From: an uncultured delta proteobacterium
GTDB lineage: Bacteria; Desulfobacterota; Desulfobacteria; Desulfobacterales; B30-G6
Assembly: GCA_963823335.1 (NCBI GenBank)
Contig: CAWGLD010000005.1
Span: 366,091-430,090, forward strand
DNA: 64,000 nucleotides
Direction of reading: 5' to 3'
Under the pieces are notes generated by a model. That model did no database searches and was not told where the DNA came from. It saw only the letters and a list, made by a program, of their open reading frames with translations. Below, piece by piece: positions 1 to 9,029 of the stretch (position 1 is its first letter; each line of letters begins with the position of its first letter). Made by a program: the position numbers and the translations under genes.

Positions 1-669
1 GTTGAAATCCGACGTTTCGAAATGCTGGTTCATAATCTTCAATCGTCTTTTGATACGTACGTGATTCATGGTGGCTATCTATTTGGAAATCGAAAACTCA
101 AACAGCTGAGAAGCTTTTTTTCAGTTGTGTTTCATCTGCTACAGATGATCGGCCGTTTGCTGCATTTATACGAGAGACATCTCCACGATGCCGGATATAA
201 AAATATCTATAAGAAGGTTCAGGGCAGGCTGTCCGAGCTGGTCAATCCGGAAAAATTACTGGACAGAACCATCAATTATGGCCTTTTCTTTGTCTGCCAC
301 TTCCTGACCACCGCGATAGGCCTGGCCAAAGAAATTTTGAATGAAAATATCGAACGGTCGATTGTCAGGGTAGGTGTTCCAATGGCGCTCGGTTTTCATA
401 TGAGACCCAGCCTCCTGGTTGCCAAAATCGTACAGTACTACGGCGGTGAAGTGGAATTATGTGTTGGCAAAGATCGTTTTGATGCCAGTAGTGTTCTTGA
501 TATCCAGTGGGCTGGAGGCAAAATTCAAAAAGAAAAAATCACTGAAGTACAGTTCGAAGGTGACGTTCGGGCATTGAAAGACATCCAGATTCTTGCGGGT
601 GCCAATTATGGAGAGGACACCATGGGAAAGGATGCACCGCTACCGGGAGAATTGAAATACCTGAGATAA
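1..669 (+). CDS. C-terminal part of a larger protein ending in an HPr-like phosphocarrier domain (5' end lies outside the window)
   Basis: Frame 1 is open from nt 1. The last ~85 aa look like an HPr fold, with the phospho-His motif 'GFHMRPS' (cf. HPr 'GLHARPA'). Confidence 0.55.
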   Translation, partial: VEIRRFEMLVHNLQSSFDTYVIHGGYLFGNRKLKQLRSFFSVVFHLLQMIGRLLHLYERHLHDAGYKNIYKKVQGRLSELVNPEKLLDRTINYGLFFVCHFLTTAIGLAKEILNENIERSIVRVGVPMALGFHMRPSLLVAKIVQYYGGEVELCVGKDRFDASSVLDIQWAGGKIQKEKITEVQFEGDVRALKDIQILAGANYGEDTMGKDAPLPGELKYLR

Positions 670-1367
670 TGCAGACACATGCCATCATTGTCAGTGCCGG
701 GCGGGGCGTCCGGATGAATCAGGCGACACCCAAACAGTACCTCTTACTGCAGGGAAGACCAGTGCTGTGTCATACGGTCATGGCCTTCAGCAAATGTCCC
801 GAAGTTGATAAGATTTTACTGGTGGTGCCGGAAAAGGATATCCGGTACTGCCGGGAGCAACTTCTTTCCGATTTGTGTATCGATACACCGGTCAAGGTTC
901 TTGCCGGGGGTAAACGGCGGCAGGATTCGGTATTCAACGGCATTCTATCCATTGACGACAGGGATGGTATTGTGGTAATTCACGACGGAGTGCGCCCGCT
1001 GATACGGCCGCAGATGATATCGCGCTGTATCAACAAAGCCATGACCACGGGCGCCTGTATTTTGGGTGTGCCTCTGCAGGACACCCTCAAAATGGTGGGC
1101 TGCGACAGCCTGATACAAGGAACAATCAAAAGAGAGCGTCTGTGGACCGCTCAGACGCCCCAGGCCTTTCACTATCAACTCATTCGTGAGGCACATGAAG
1201 CTGCAGCCAAAGCAGGCGTCGAAGCCACGGATGACGCGGCTTTGATGGAACGGATGGGTTCGCCAGTGTACATCTTGCGGAGCACAGCGGACAATCTTAA
1301 AATTACGACAAATGACGATCTGGTTTTGGCAGATGCAATTTTGTCGCAAACCAAGCAGGAGAGATGA
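669..1367 (+). CDS. ispD: 2-C-methyl-D-erythritol 4-phosphate cytidylyltransferase
   Basis: N-terminus 'AIIVSAGRGVRM..PKQYL', then 'VIHDGVRP' and 'AQTPQAF', typical of IspD. Length 232 aa. Confidence 0.9.
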   Translation: MQTHAIIVSAGRGVRMNQATPKQYLLLQGRPVLCHTVMAFSKCPEVDKILLVVPEKDIRYCREQLLSDLCIDTPVKVLAGGKRRQDSVFNGILSIDDRDGIVVIHDGVRPLIRPQMISRCINKAMTTGACILGVPLQDTLKMVGCDSLIQGTIKRERLWTAQTPQAFHYQLIREAHEAAAKAGVEATDDAALMERMGSPVYILRSTADNLKITTNDDLVLADAILSQTKQER

Positions 1368-3871
1368 TATTGTCGTTACCTGAAATATTGATTGTGGATG
1401 ATGATGCCAGTTTCCGGGGGCTCCTGGAGGAGTTTCTCAGCAAACAGGGTTTTCATGCCTCGGCTGTCAGTGGTGGGGAAGACGCCGTGAAACAACTGTC
1501 CAAAAGGAAATTCGATGTTGCCCTGCTCGATCTGATGATGCCTGGAATGGATGGTTATGAAGTCATGGACTTCATCAACGATCAAGAACTTGAAACCAAT
1601 GTCATCGTTATGACCGGCAATGCCTCGACACAATCGGCCGTTACTTCTTTGCGGAAAGGTGTATACGATTTCCTGGACAAACCCTTTGATCTGGAAGCAT
1701 TGTCCAGCGCCATTAAGGGTGCCATTGGGAAAAAGCGCTCCAACGATGAAAAAAAAAGAGCCAAGGAAGAACTTGTCCAGGCATACAATGACATGGAAGC
1801 CGAAATCCGGGATCAGACTGCCGAGCTTCTGCGGAAGCACGACCAATTGGACTTGGAAATAGAAAATCGAAATCTTGTTGAAGCTGCCTTTCGAGACAGT
1901 GAAAGCAAATATAAATCCCTGACTGATAATTTGAATGTGGGCGTGTATCGCAATACCGTGGGTGCAGAGGGACAGTTTATCGAAGTGAATCCGGCCATCG
2001 TGCAAATGTTTGGTTATGATTCACGGGAAGAATTTACCGCGGTGAATGTTTCCGATCTGTATGAAGATCCGTCTCAACGGTTGAAATTCAGTGAGGGGCT
2101 GGCCAAAAAAGGTTTTACCAAGAACATCGAACTGTGCCTAAAACGAAAGGACGGTACACCTTTTGTCGGGGCGGTATCCGCCGTGGCCGTCAAGGATGAG
2201 CGTGGTGAAATTCAGTATTATGATGGGATTATCGAAGATATAACCGAGCGGAAACTTGCCGATGAGGCGCTCATCAGAAACGAACACTGGTATCGAACCC
2301 TTACCCAGATCGGGCTTTCCCTGTCCGCGGAAAAGGACACCAAGAAACTTCTGGAACGGATTGTCATCGAGGCCCGGACCCTTACCAATGCTGATGCCGG
2401 AACTCTTTATCTACTGGACAAGGAAACCCAGGAACTGACATTCGAAATTGTCCAAAATGATTCCATACAGATCGAAATAGGCGGCACGGGCGGTGTGAAT
2501 GCCGAGTTGCCCAATGTGCCGCTGTTTATCAATGGTGAACCCAATCATGCCAATGTGTCGTCTTCGGTTGCCTTGACCGGTGAGACCATCAATATAAAAG
2601 ATGTTTACGGGCCAGAAGGAAAACGATTCCCGGGACCCAGGGAATATGACGCCATATCCGGTTATCACACAAAATCGATGCTTGTCATGCCCCTCAAGAA
2701 TCACGAAAACGAGATCATTGGGGTCTTGCAGCTGTTGAATGCCAAACACCTGAAAAGTGGTCAATCCATCTTTTTTTCCGAAGGGTACGTTGATCTGGTA
2801 GCCGCCCTTGCGTCCCAGGCAGCGGTAGCCCTGACCAATGCCCAGTTGATCGAGAACCTCAACAATCTCTTCTATGCCTTTATCCGGAGCATTGCCACCG
2901 CTATCGATGAAAAATCTCCCTATACCGGAGGCCATATAAATCGGGTGGTTCAACTGAGTATGATGCTGGCCGAGAAAATCAATCAAGACGAGACAGGCGC
3001 TTTCAAGAATATCCACTTCACCAAGGAAGAGCTGGAAGAGTTGCGTCTGGCAGCATGGATGCATGATGTCGGTAAGGTGACGACCCCTGAAAATATCGTC
3101 AATAAGGCAAGCAAACTTGAAACAATTTTCGATCGCGTCAATTTAGTCGAAACCCGGTTTGCCCTGATTGCGTCTGAGATGGTTAACAAGCACCTGGAGG
3201 TAAAGCTGGAATTGTTGAAAAGGAAGCAGGTCGATCTTTCAAACGTGGGTCTGGCCGACCAATCGTTAGCTGAAGATTTGCAGATATTGCTTCAAGAGCT
3301 TGAATTCATTAAAACGTGTAACAGCGCTAATCAGCCCATGACCGAAGAACGACTCACGCGTCTTCGGAACATCGGAAAGAAGGAATACACGTTTCAAAAT
3401 GAAAAACGAGCATACCTGACCGAAGATGAAATCAAGAATTTGAGCATACGCTACGGCAACCTCACGGACGAGGAGCGTATGGTTGTTGAGAATCATGCCA
3501 ACATGACGCTCAAGATATTAAAGCAGCTGTCTTTTCCGTTGAAGCTGGAGAAGGTTCCGGAGTTCGCCGGTGGGCATCATGAGAAGTTGGATGGTTCGGG
3601 TTATCCTCTGGGACTTACGGGAAAAGAGCTTCCGCTGCAGACCCGGATTCTGGCCATTGTCGACATTTTCGAAGCGCTGACTGCCCGGGACAGGCCTTAT
3701 CGTAAACCCATGAAGCTTTCCGAGGTGACCAAGATCATAGGATTTATGAAAGATAACCATAAAATTGATCCAGATCTGTTCGATCTTCTCATCGAAAGCG
3801 GCGCCTATTTTGAATACGCCATGCAAGAAATGGATCCTAAGCAGATAGACATACCCAATCCTGTTTCATGA
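1364..3871 (+). CDS. Response-regulator receiver / PAS / GAF / HD-GYP domain protein (probable c-di-GMP phosphodiesterase)
   Basis: REC motifs ('ILIVDDD', 'DVALLDLMMPGMDG'), PAS ('GVYRNT..FIEVNPA'), and a GAF region. HD-GYP signature 'WMHDVGK' ... 'GGHHEKLDGSGYP'. ATGA overlap with the ispD stop. Confidence 0.9.
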   Translation: MILSLPEILIVDDDASFRGLLEEFLSKQGFHASAVSGGEDAVKQLSKRKFDVALLDLMMPGMDGYEVMDFINDQELETNVIVMTGNASTQSAVTSLRKGVYDFLDKPFDLEALSSAIKGAIGKKRSNDEKKRAKEELVQAYNDMEAEIRDQTAELLRKHDQLDLEIENRNLVEAAFRDSESKYKSLTDNLNVGVYRNTVGAEGQFIEVNPAIVQMFGYDSREEFTAVNVSDLYEDPSQRLKFSEGLAKKGFTKNIELCLKRKDGTPFVGAVSAVAVKDERGEIQYYDGIIEDITERKLADEALIRNEHWYRTLTQIGLSLSAEKDTKKLLERIVIEARTLTNADAGTLYLLDKETQELTFEIVQNDSIQIEIGGTGGVNAELPNVPLFINGEPNHANVSSSVALTGETINIKDVYGPEGKRFPGPREYDAISGYHTKSMLVMPLKNHENEIIGVLQLLNAKHLKSGQSIFFSEGYVDLVAALASQAAVALTNAQLIENLNNLFYAFIRSIATAIDEKSPYTGGHINRVVQLSMMLAEKINQDETGAFKNIHFTKEELEELRLAAWMHDVGKVTTPENIVNKASKLETIFDRVNLVETRFALIASEMVNKHLEVKLELLKRKQVDLSNVGLADQSLAEDLQILLQELEFIKTCNSANQPMTEERLTRLRNIGKKEYTFQNEKRAYLTEDEIKNLSIRYGNLTDEERMVVENHANMTLKILKQLSFPLKLEKVPEFAGGHHEKLDGSGYPLGLTGKELPLQTRILAIVDIFEALTARDRPYRKPMKLSEVTKIIGFMKDNHKIDPDLFDLLIESGAYFEYAMQEMDPKQIDIPNPVS

Positions 3872-3901
3872 TACGAATTAGGTTGTTTAGTCTACAGCCT
3901 A

Positions 3902-4399
3902 TCAGCCTGCACATTCAGAAAGAAAATTCTGAATGTGTTCAATGACCTCCTGTGGAGAACCGGCATAGAACAGACGGCCTTGATGTTGAAACGGTTCAAA
4001 TCGTTTCTCTTCCCCGTAATTCAACAGTATAACCGGTTTGCTGCATTTCAATGCCAGGGCAATTTCAGACAAGGTCCCCATGCCCCCTGGACACGCGACC
4101 ACAATGTCGCTGGAGAGGACATTGATGCAGTTTCTGGCATTTCCCATTCCGGTGACGATCGGTATGTGGATGTATTTTGAAGCCGTTTTTGCGCTACTTC
4201 CCGGAAGTATGCCGATGGTCAGGCCTCCCTGGTCGCTGGCACCTTTTGCCGAGGATTCCATAACCCCGGTGTTTCTTGCTCCGTTTAAAAGAATCCAGCC
4301 CTGCCCGGCGATAAGGCCCCCCAGGGTGTAGGCGTTTTCACGTTCCGTGGCACTGGCGGCACCCCCCCCCATGACGCCGATAATCAGAGGTCTTTTCAT
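3902..4399 (-). CDS. TIGR00725 / LOG-like (SLOG superfamily) protein
   Basis: 'IGVMGGG' N-terminus, 'PGGMGTLSEIA' motif, ~165 aa. This is the pattern of the LOG/TIGR00725 Rossmann-like family. Confidence 0.7.
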   Translation of the reverse strand: MKRPLIIGVMGGGAASATERENAYTLGGLIAGQGWILLNGARNTGVMESSAKGASDQGGLTIGILPGSSAKTASKYIHIPIVTGMGNARNCINVLSSDIVVACPGGMGTLSEIALALKCSKPVILLNYGEEKRFEPFQHQGRLFYAGSPQEVIEHIQNFLSECAG

Positions 4400-4545
4400 A
4401 TGATCTCCTCATCTACATAGGCTGTAGGTGTCTAGGCTGTAGACTGTTAGGAATTGCCTATCGTATAGGTGGAATGCAAGTACTTTCCCTGACATTACCA
4501 TTTAACAAACCATATGCCCACTGCGGTCTACGACTAACAGCCTAT

Positions 4546-5667
4546 TTATTCAGCTAAAAGTTTCTTGCTGGTTTTTGTAACCTCAATACCTTTGGATATA
4601 ACCAGAGCCTTACCGATGTCAAACCCGTGTTTGAGCACCTGGTCATCCTGGCTCGAAGCAGATCGCTGAAACGTTCTGGTACGAGGATATTTATGTGACA
4701 TGTAAACCCCGAGCTTGGGGTCTTCCAGGGTTGTCAAAGCAGTTGTTGTTTCCATGTCAGATGGTATGAGTTTCTGATCTGCCAGCTTTTTGCAGAAACC
4801 TTCAACCAATCCGACGGCAAAATCTGTCTTGCGATACCGGTTCAGCGTCCCATGACGGTTGTAGTGACGCCAGTGTCTTTCGATGGTGTTTTTGACGAAA
4901 TCGTAGACATAGGAAGCGATCTTGACATTTTCCGGAACCCCGCTGATCTCAAAAACACGTCCCATTTTTCCTTTTTCAAGGACATAAGATGATACCCAGA
5001 GACCCTGGACAAAATAGTATTTCTGCAACAGGTTTGCCAGATGATACTCCTCTCGATGATGTCGCAATGCCGGAGAACCGATAAACATGCTGACAAAGTA
5101 TCGATGAGACGATTTGTTCAGCAGATCGATGTTGTATTTCCTCATCAGTTCGTGGGCTTTGGTCATGGCGGATTCCGCTTCGTGGCGATTGGTACTTTTC
5201 GCCAGGGACATGAGTTTTTTCACGCGTAGCAGGATCCGATCCTGATTACTGATGGAGCGAAGGTGTATCTGGTCATGCAGTGGTTTGTAGCGGCCGGATG
5301 CTTTTGGATTGGCCCTCAGACGATGGCAAGCCTTTAAAAAATCAGGCCCATGGGGAGACGTCTCTGAAGTCTTGAGAACCTGTTCGGCATACTGGTGCGC
5401 CATTTCATGATACAGGACATCCCGAACATCGTCCCAGGGGTAGTTCAGAGCAAATGCCCGGCTGATGGAAATTTCATTTTTTGATCCAGACCAGTAACCC
5501 AGGCGGCTTTTTATTGTTCGCAGACTGAACAGGGGCTGTTTCATCTGCTGGCGGTCATGGTGAGACAGTACCCAGAGGGCATTTTGCCATTCACAGGCGA
5601 TCCCATGAACGACGCGACGTTCCAGATCCTCCTGCAGACGAATGTCAAACGCTTGCATCTGATTCAT
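4546..5667 (-). CDS. SprT-like zinc metalloprotease fused to a DUF2786-like helical module
   Basis: 'HEMAHQ' HExxH motif in an SprT-like N-domain. 'RILLRVKKLMSLAKSTNRHEAESAMTKAHELMRKYNI' resembles DUF2786. Start is ambiguous (5721, 5667 or 5658), and every option overlaps the upstream gene's stop. Confidence 0.65.
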   Translation of the reverse strand: MNQMQAFDIRLQEDLERRVVHGIACEWQNALWVLSHHDRQQMKQPLFSLRTIKSRLGYWSGSKNEISISRAFALNYPWDDVRDVLYHEMAHQYAEQVLKTSETSPHGPDFLKACHRLRANPKASGRYKPLHDQIHLRSISNQDRILLRVKKLMSLAKSTNRHEAESAMTKAHELMRKYNIDLLNKSSHRYFVSMFIGSPALRHHREEYHLANLLQKYYFVQGLWVSSYVLEKGKMGRVFEISGVPENVKIASYVYDFVKNTIERHWRHYNRHGTLNRYRKTDFAVGLVEGFCKKLADQKLIPSDMETTTALTTLEDPKLGVYMSHKYPRTRTFQRSASSQDDQVLKHGFDIGKALVISKGIEVTKTSKKLLAE

Positions 5668-6448
5668 GGAAAAGCTGATCGAGCTCCGTGTCCCTGTCCA
5701 TCCAGACCGGAAACGTTTCACGGTAATTCTGCAGGGTCGTTAGAGAAAGACTGGCTGTCTGGGTGTGAGCGCGTTTGACCTCTTGAAAATGAACATTGCC
5801 CTGATAATCGACGACACACGAATAGCCGTTGTATTCGATCTGATTGCCGTCCACGCCGATCCGATTGACGCCGATGACATAAGATTGGTTCTCTATGGCC
5901 CTGGCCCGTAAAAGGGTCTGCCATTGGATCTCTCGGGATGCCGGCCAATTTGCGACAACGATGGCCAGATCATAGGGCTTGCCGGAATTTCTCATCCAGA
6001 CCGGGAAACGAAGATCATAGCAGATAAATGGCCGGATACGCCATCCTTTCAGTTCCACTGTCAATTGATGCGTTCCGGCACTATACACCTTTTCCTCTCC
6101 GGTCATCCGAAAGAGATGTTTCTTGTCGTAAGTAACCATCCGGCCATCCGGTTTTGCCCAGATCAAACGATTGAAATAGCGCCCGTCTTCTTCAATCATG
6201 AGACTACCAGTGATGTCGGCGGATTTTTTCTTTGCTTTTTCCATCATCCAGGCCACGGCACTTCCCTGCATGGTTTCGGCAAGACCAGCCGGGTGCATAC
6301 TGAACCCGGTCGAAAACATTTCAGGCAGGAGGATGAGGTCGGTGGGGTTTTCAATGGCTTCGATTTTTTTATCCAGCATTTCCAGATTGGCTTGAGTGTC
6401 TTCCCACGCCAACTCTGTCTGGATGAAGGTAACAATTAAATTCTGCAT
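5645..6448 (-). CDS. Carbon-nitrogen hydrolase family amidase (omega-amidase, YafV/MtnU-like)
   Basis: Nitrilase-superfamily layout with 'LPEMFSTGF' (catalytic Glu), 'DKKHLF' (Lys) and 'ICYDLRFP' (Cys). Length 267 aa. Confidence 0.85.
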   Translation of the reverse strand: MQNLIVTFIQTELAWEDTQANLEMLDKKIEAIENPTDLILLPEMFSTGFSMHPAGLAETMQGSAVAWMMEKAKKKSADITGSLMIEEDGRYFNRLIWAKPDGRMVTYDKKHLFRMTGEEKVYSAGTHQLTVELKGWRIRPFICYDLRFPVWMRNSGKPYDLAIVVANWPASREIQWQTLLRARAIENQSYVIGVNRIGVDGNQIEYNGYSCVVDYQGNVHFQEVKRAHTQTASLSLTTLQNYRETFPVWMDRDTELDQLFHESDASV

Positions 6449-7581
6449 AACTTTTCAGCAGCCCTTTCTAGTGTCTCTTCTCTTTTGGCAAAGCAGAAAC
6501 GCACTACGTTATGATCTGTCATGGTGTGATAAAATACAGAAACCGGTATGGAAGCAACCCCGTGCTCGATGGTCATCCAACGGGTGAACTCAATATCCGG
6601 TAACTCCGAGATAGCATGGTATTGCATCATTTGAAAATAGGTTCCGCTGCATGGGACGGGTTTGAAGCGCGAACCAGCCATATAGGATAAAAAAGCATCT
6701 CTTTTTTCCTGATAAAAGAAAGCCAGATCCTGATACAGATCTTTCTGCTCAAGGATGTCGGCATATGCGAGTTGTATGGGTGTATTGGAGGAAAAAGTAA
6801 GAAACTGATGAACCCGTTGAAACTCCCTGGAGAGTGTTTCCGGTGCCAGACAATAGCCGATTTTCCAACCTGTGGTGTGATAGGTCTTGCCAAAGGAACT
6901 TACGACATAGCTCCTGGCTGCCAGACTGGGATAACGGAGAATGCTTTCATGAATCTGATGGTCAAAAACAATATGTTCGTATACTTCATCGCTCAGAATG
7001 AGGGTTTCTGTGTTGTCAAGGGTCGTTTCCAGGGCTGCCATGTCCGATTTTTGGAGAATGGTGCCCGTGGGATTGTGAGGCGAGTTCAGGATAATAAGGC
7101 GTGTTTTTTCAGAGAGGCTATCCGCAACCTCGTCCCAGTCGATTCGGTAGTCAGGCGGCTTCAACTGCAGGAAAACGGGGATGCCATTGTTCAGTCTAAC
7201 CACCGGGGCATAGGCATCATAGGCCGGTTCGAAAATGATGACTTCATCGCCTGCACGGACCACCGAAGTTATGGCGGCGTACAGTGCTTCCGTGGCTCCG
7301 GAAGTGACGGTGATTTCCGTGTCGGGGTCGTAGTCACAACAATAGAGATCGCGCACCTTCCGGGCAATTTTCTGACGCAGAGCAGGTACTCCCTGCATGG
7401 GGGCATACTGATTGCTGCCTTTTCTCATATAGTCGCTTACGCGCCGAATCAGGTCGGGGGCGGCATCAAAGTCCGGGAAGCCCTGGGACAGGTTGATGGC
7501 CTGGTGGTCATTGGCCAGTTGAGACATGACCGTAAAAATGGTGACACCGACGTCAGGCAGTTTTGAATCGAGTTGTATCAT
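6436..7581 (-). CDS. Class I/II PLP-dependent aminotransferase (YbdL/MtnE-like)
   Basis: 'NLSQGFPDF', 'NSPHNPTG' and 'SFGKTYHTTGWKIGY' (PLP-Lys region) match YbdL-type methionine/glutamine aminotransferases. Confidence 0.85.
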   Translation of the reverse strand: MIQLDSKLPDVGVTIFTVMSQLANDHQAINLSQGFPDFDAAPDLIRRVSDYMRKGSNQYAPMQGVPALRQKIARKVRDLYCCDYDPDTEITVTSGATEALYAAITSVVRAGDEVIIFEPAYDAYAPVVRLNNGIPVFLQLKPPDYRIDWDEVADSLSEKTRLIILNSPHNPTGTILQKSDMAALETTLDNTETLILSDEVYEHIVFDHQIHESILRYPSLAARSYVVSSFGKTYHTTGWKIGYCLAPETLSREFQRVHQFLTFSSNTPIQLAYADILEQKDLYQDLAFFYQEKRDAFLSYMAGSRFKPVPCSGTYFQMMQYHAISELPDIEFTRWMTIEHGVASIPVSVFYHTMTDHNVVRFCFAKREETLERAAEKLCRI

Positions 7582-8567
7582 ACTGTTTCGTATTCTCTCA
7601 AAATACCTTGGGCTTCCATGCGGATCTCTGTACGAAGAGCGTCAGGTTCCAGCACCACGGCATCTTTTCCCCAACCCAGGATCCAGAATTTGATTTCTTC
7701 GATTCCGGCGATTTCCGCCTTGAAAATAAGAGACCCATCCTTCTGTTTTTCCACGACTTGAGTTGCATGCCAGCTCTTTTCAAGGATATAGCCGGCAATT
7801 CTTGGTGAGAAATGGATAACCACCTGTACCGGTTCGCCAAAAAAGGCCCCGAAACTTGCGCGCAGGAGGTTTTCCATATCAAAATCCTGTGGCGCTTCAA
7901 AAGTAGTGTCTCTTAATACCATCTTCCGTATCCTGTCAACGGCAAACAGTCGTATGTCTTTCCTGAGATGACAAAAGCCGAGCATGTAAAAGGTGCCATC
8001 GAAAAACCAGAGCTTGTAGGGAGCGACGATCCTTCGGGAGGTTTTACGGCGACTCATGACAAAATAGGTTAAACGCACATGCTGCCGATTGAGAATCGCG
8101 TCGTTGATCTGATCGATGATTGTCCTGAATCGGCCGTAGTCCTTGGTTGGCTTCAGGCCGACTTTCAGACTTGATTCAACATGCCGCAGATACGTCATAT
8201 ACTCAGGTGGCAGGGTAGCCTTGATTTTCTGAAAAAGAGTCTCGAGAGAATCGTAGAAGAGCGTGTTTTTCAGCATTTTCAGCATATCACTGCTGAAATA
8301 GAGCGCCATGAGCTCGGTAATATTAAAGGGAATCGGTATGTAATGTTTGGCGGACTCCATCAGGGACCAGTAATTTTTTTGGTCTTTTCGCTCCGTATAG
8401 ACGGGAAATCCCGCGACCTGAAGTGCCTCCAGGTCTCTGTAAACGGTTCTGGAATGGCAGGATAGCTCAACGGCCAGGTCCTGAACCGATTTCCCCCGCT
8501 TGGAAGCGATCAGGCTCCTGATGATTTTCCATTGTCTTCCTAATTGGTCGCCTCTGGCCATATACAA
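7578..8567 (-). CDS. HTH + WYL (+WCX-like) domain transcriptional regulator
   Basis: N-terminal wHTH ('SVQDLAVELSCHSRTVYRDLEALQ'). Central WYL-type core ('RRIVAPYKLWFFDGTFYMLGFC..RLFAVDRI'). 4-nt overlap with the downstream aminotransferase start. Confidence 0.85.
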   Translation of the reverse strand: MYMARGDQLGRQWKIIRSLIASKRGKSVQDLAVELSCHSRTVYRDLEALQVAGFPVYTERKDQKNYWSLMESAKHYIPIPFNITELMALYFSSDMLKMLKNTLFYDSLETLFQKIKATLPPEYMTYLRHVESSLKVGLKPTKDYGRFRTIIDQINDAILNRQHVRLTYFVMSRRKTSRRIVAPYKLWFFDGTFYMLGFCHLRKDIRLFAVDRIRKMVLRDTTFEAPQDFDMENLLRASFGAFFGEPVQVVIHFSPRIAGYILEKSWHATQVVEKQKDGSLIFKAEIAGIEEIKFWILGWGKDAVVLEPDALRTEIRMEAQGILREYETV

Positions 8568-8701
8568 GCTGCCTTTTTTTCCGTCATTAAAAACCTGGTC
8601 CTATGGGCCAAGTCAGAGATATTAAGTTCTGCCGGAATCATCTTAAGAAAGAATACAGGCGTCAGAATTCAGGCTCTTTGCTATAATGATTTTATAAAGA
8701 T

Positions 8702-8900
8702 GAACGTCCAACATCGAACATCGAACGTCCAATGTTGAATGGAAACAAAAAAACCAATACTGAATTATTTCTGTTTCTTCATTTTTTGAAGACCGCGCAG
8801 CAAGTTACGAGGAATGTTCTGCTGTGCGGCAGAACCTACGGGGAATGCGCTCGCTGTTTTGATTCAAAATTCGATGTTGGACGTTCGATGTTCGATGGTC
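8702..8900. repeat. Perfect 21-bp inverted repeat (8712-8732 / 8877-8897) of 'CATCGAACATCGAACGTCCAA' words enclosing 144 nt (family E)
   Basis: Read directly: 8712-8732 'catcgaacatcgaacgtccaa' is the reverse complement of 8877-8897 'ttggacgttcgatgttcgatg'. Confidence 0.85.
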
Positions 8901-9029
8901 ATTCGGTTTCCAGCATTAAAACAATTTAGCGTTTTACGAAATTCTGTATTCTGAATTCTTGTGGATCAGACACTTGGTGATAAAGCCCCTTGTCGGGGCA
9001 ACCCGGTACCGGACCCATTGGGCACCGGT

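Noticed and set aside
5645-5721. 77-nt overlap between the omega-amidase and the longest SprT-like ORF, as a possible programmed frameshift or fusion
   Set aside because: Internal ATG starts at 5667 or 5658 reduce the overlap to 14-23 nt, which is ordinary translational coupling. No slippery sequence was noticed.
6772-7566. 264-aa ORF on the plus strand. Similar long antisense ORFs occur at 21695-22417, 33153-33803, 19288-19902, 1376-2005, 2411-3064 and 56556-57182.
   Set aside because: All lie opposite strongly supported genes and have no motifs. They are consistent with the long antisense open frames expected opposite real genes.
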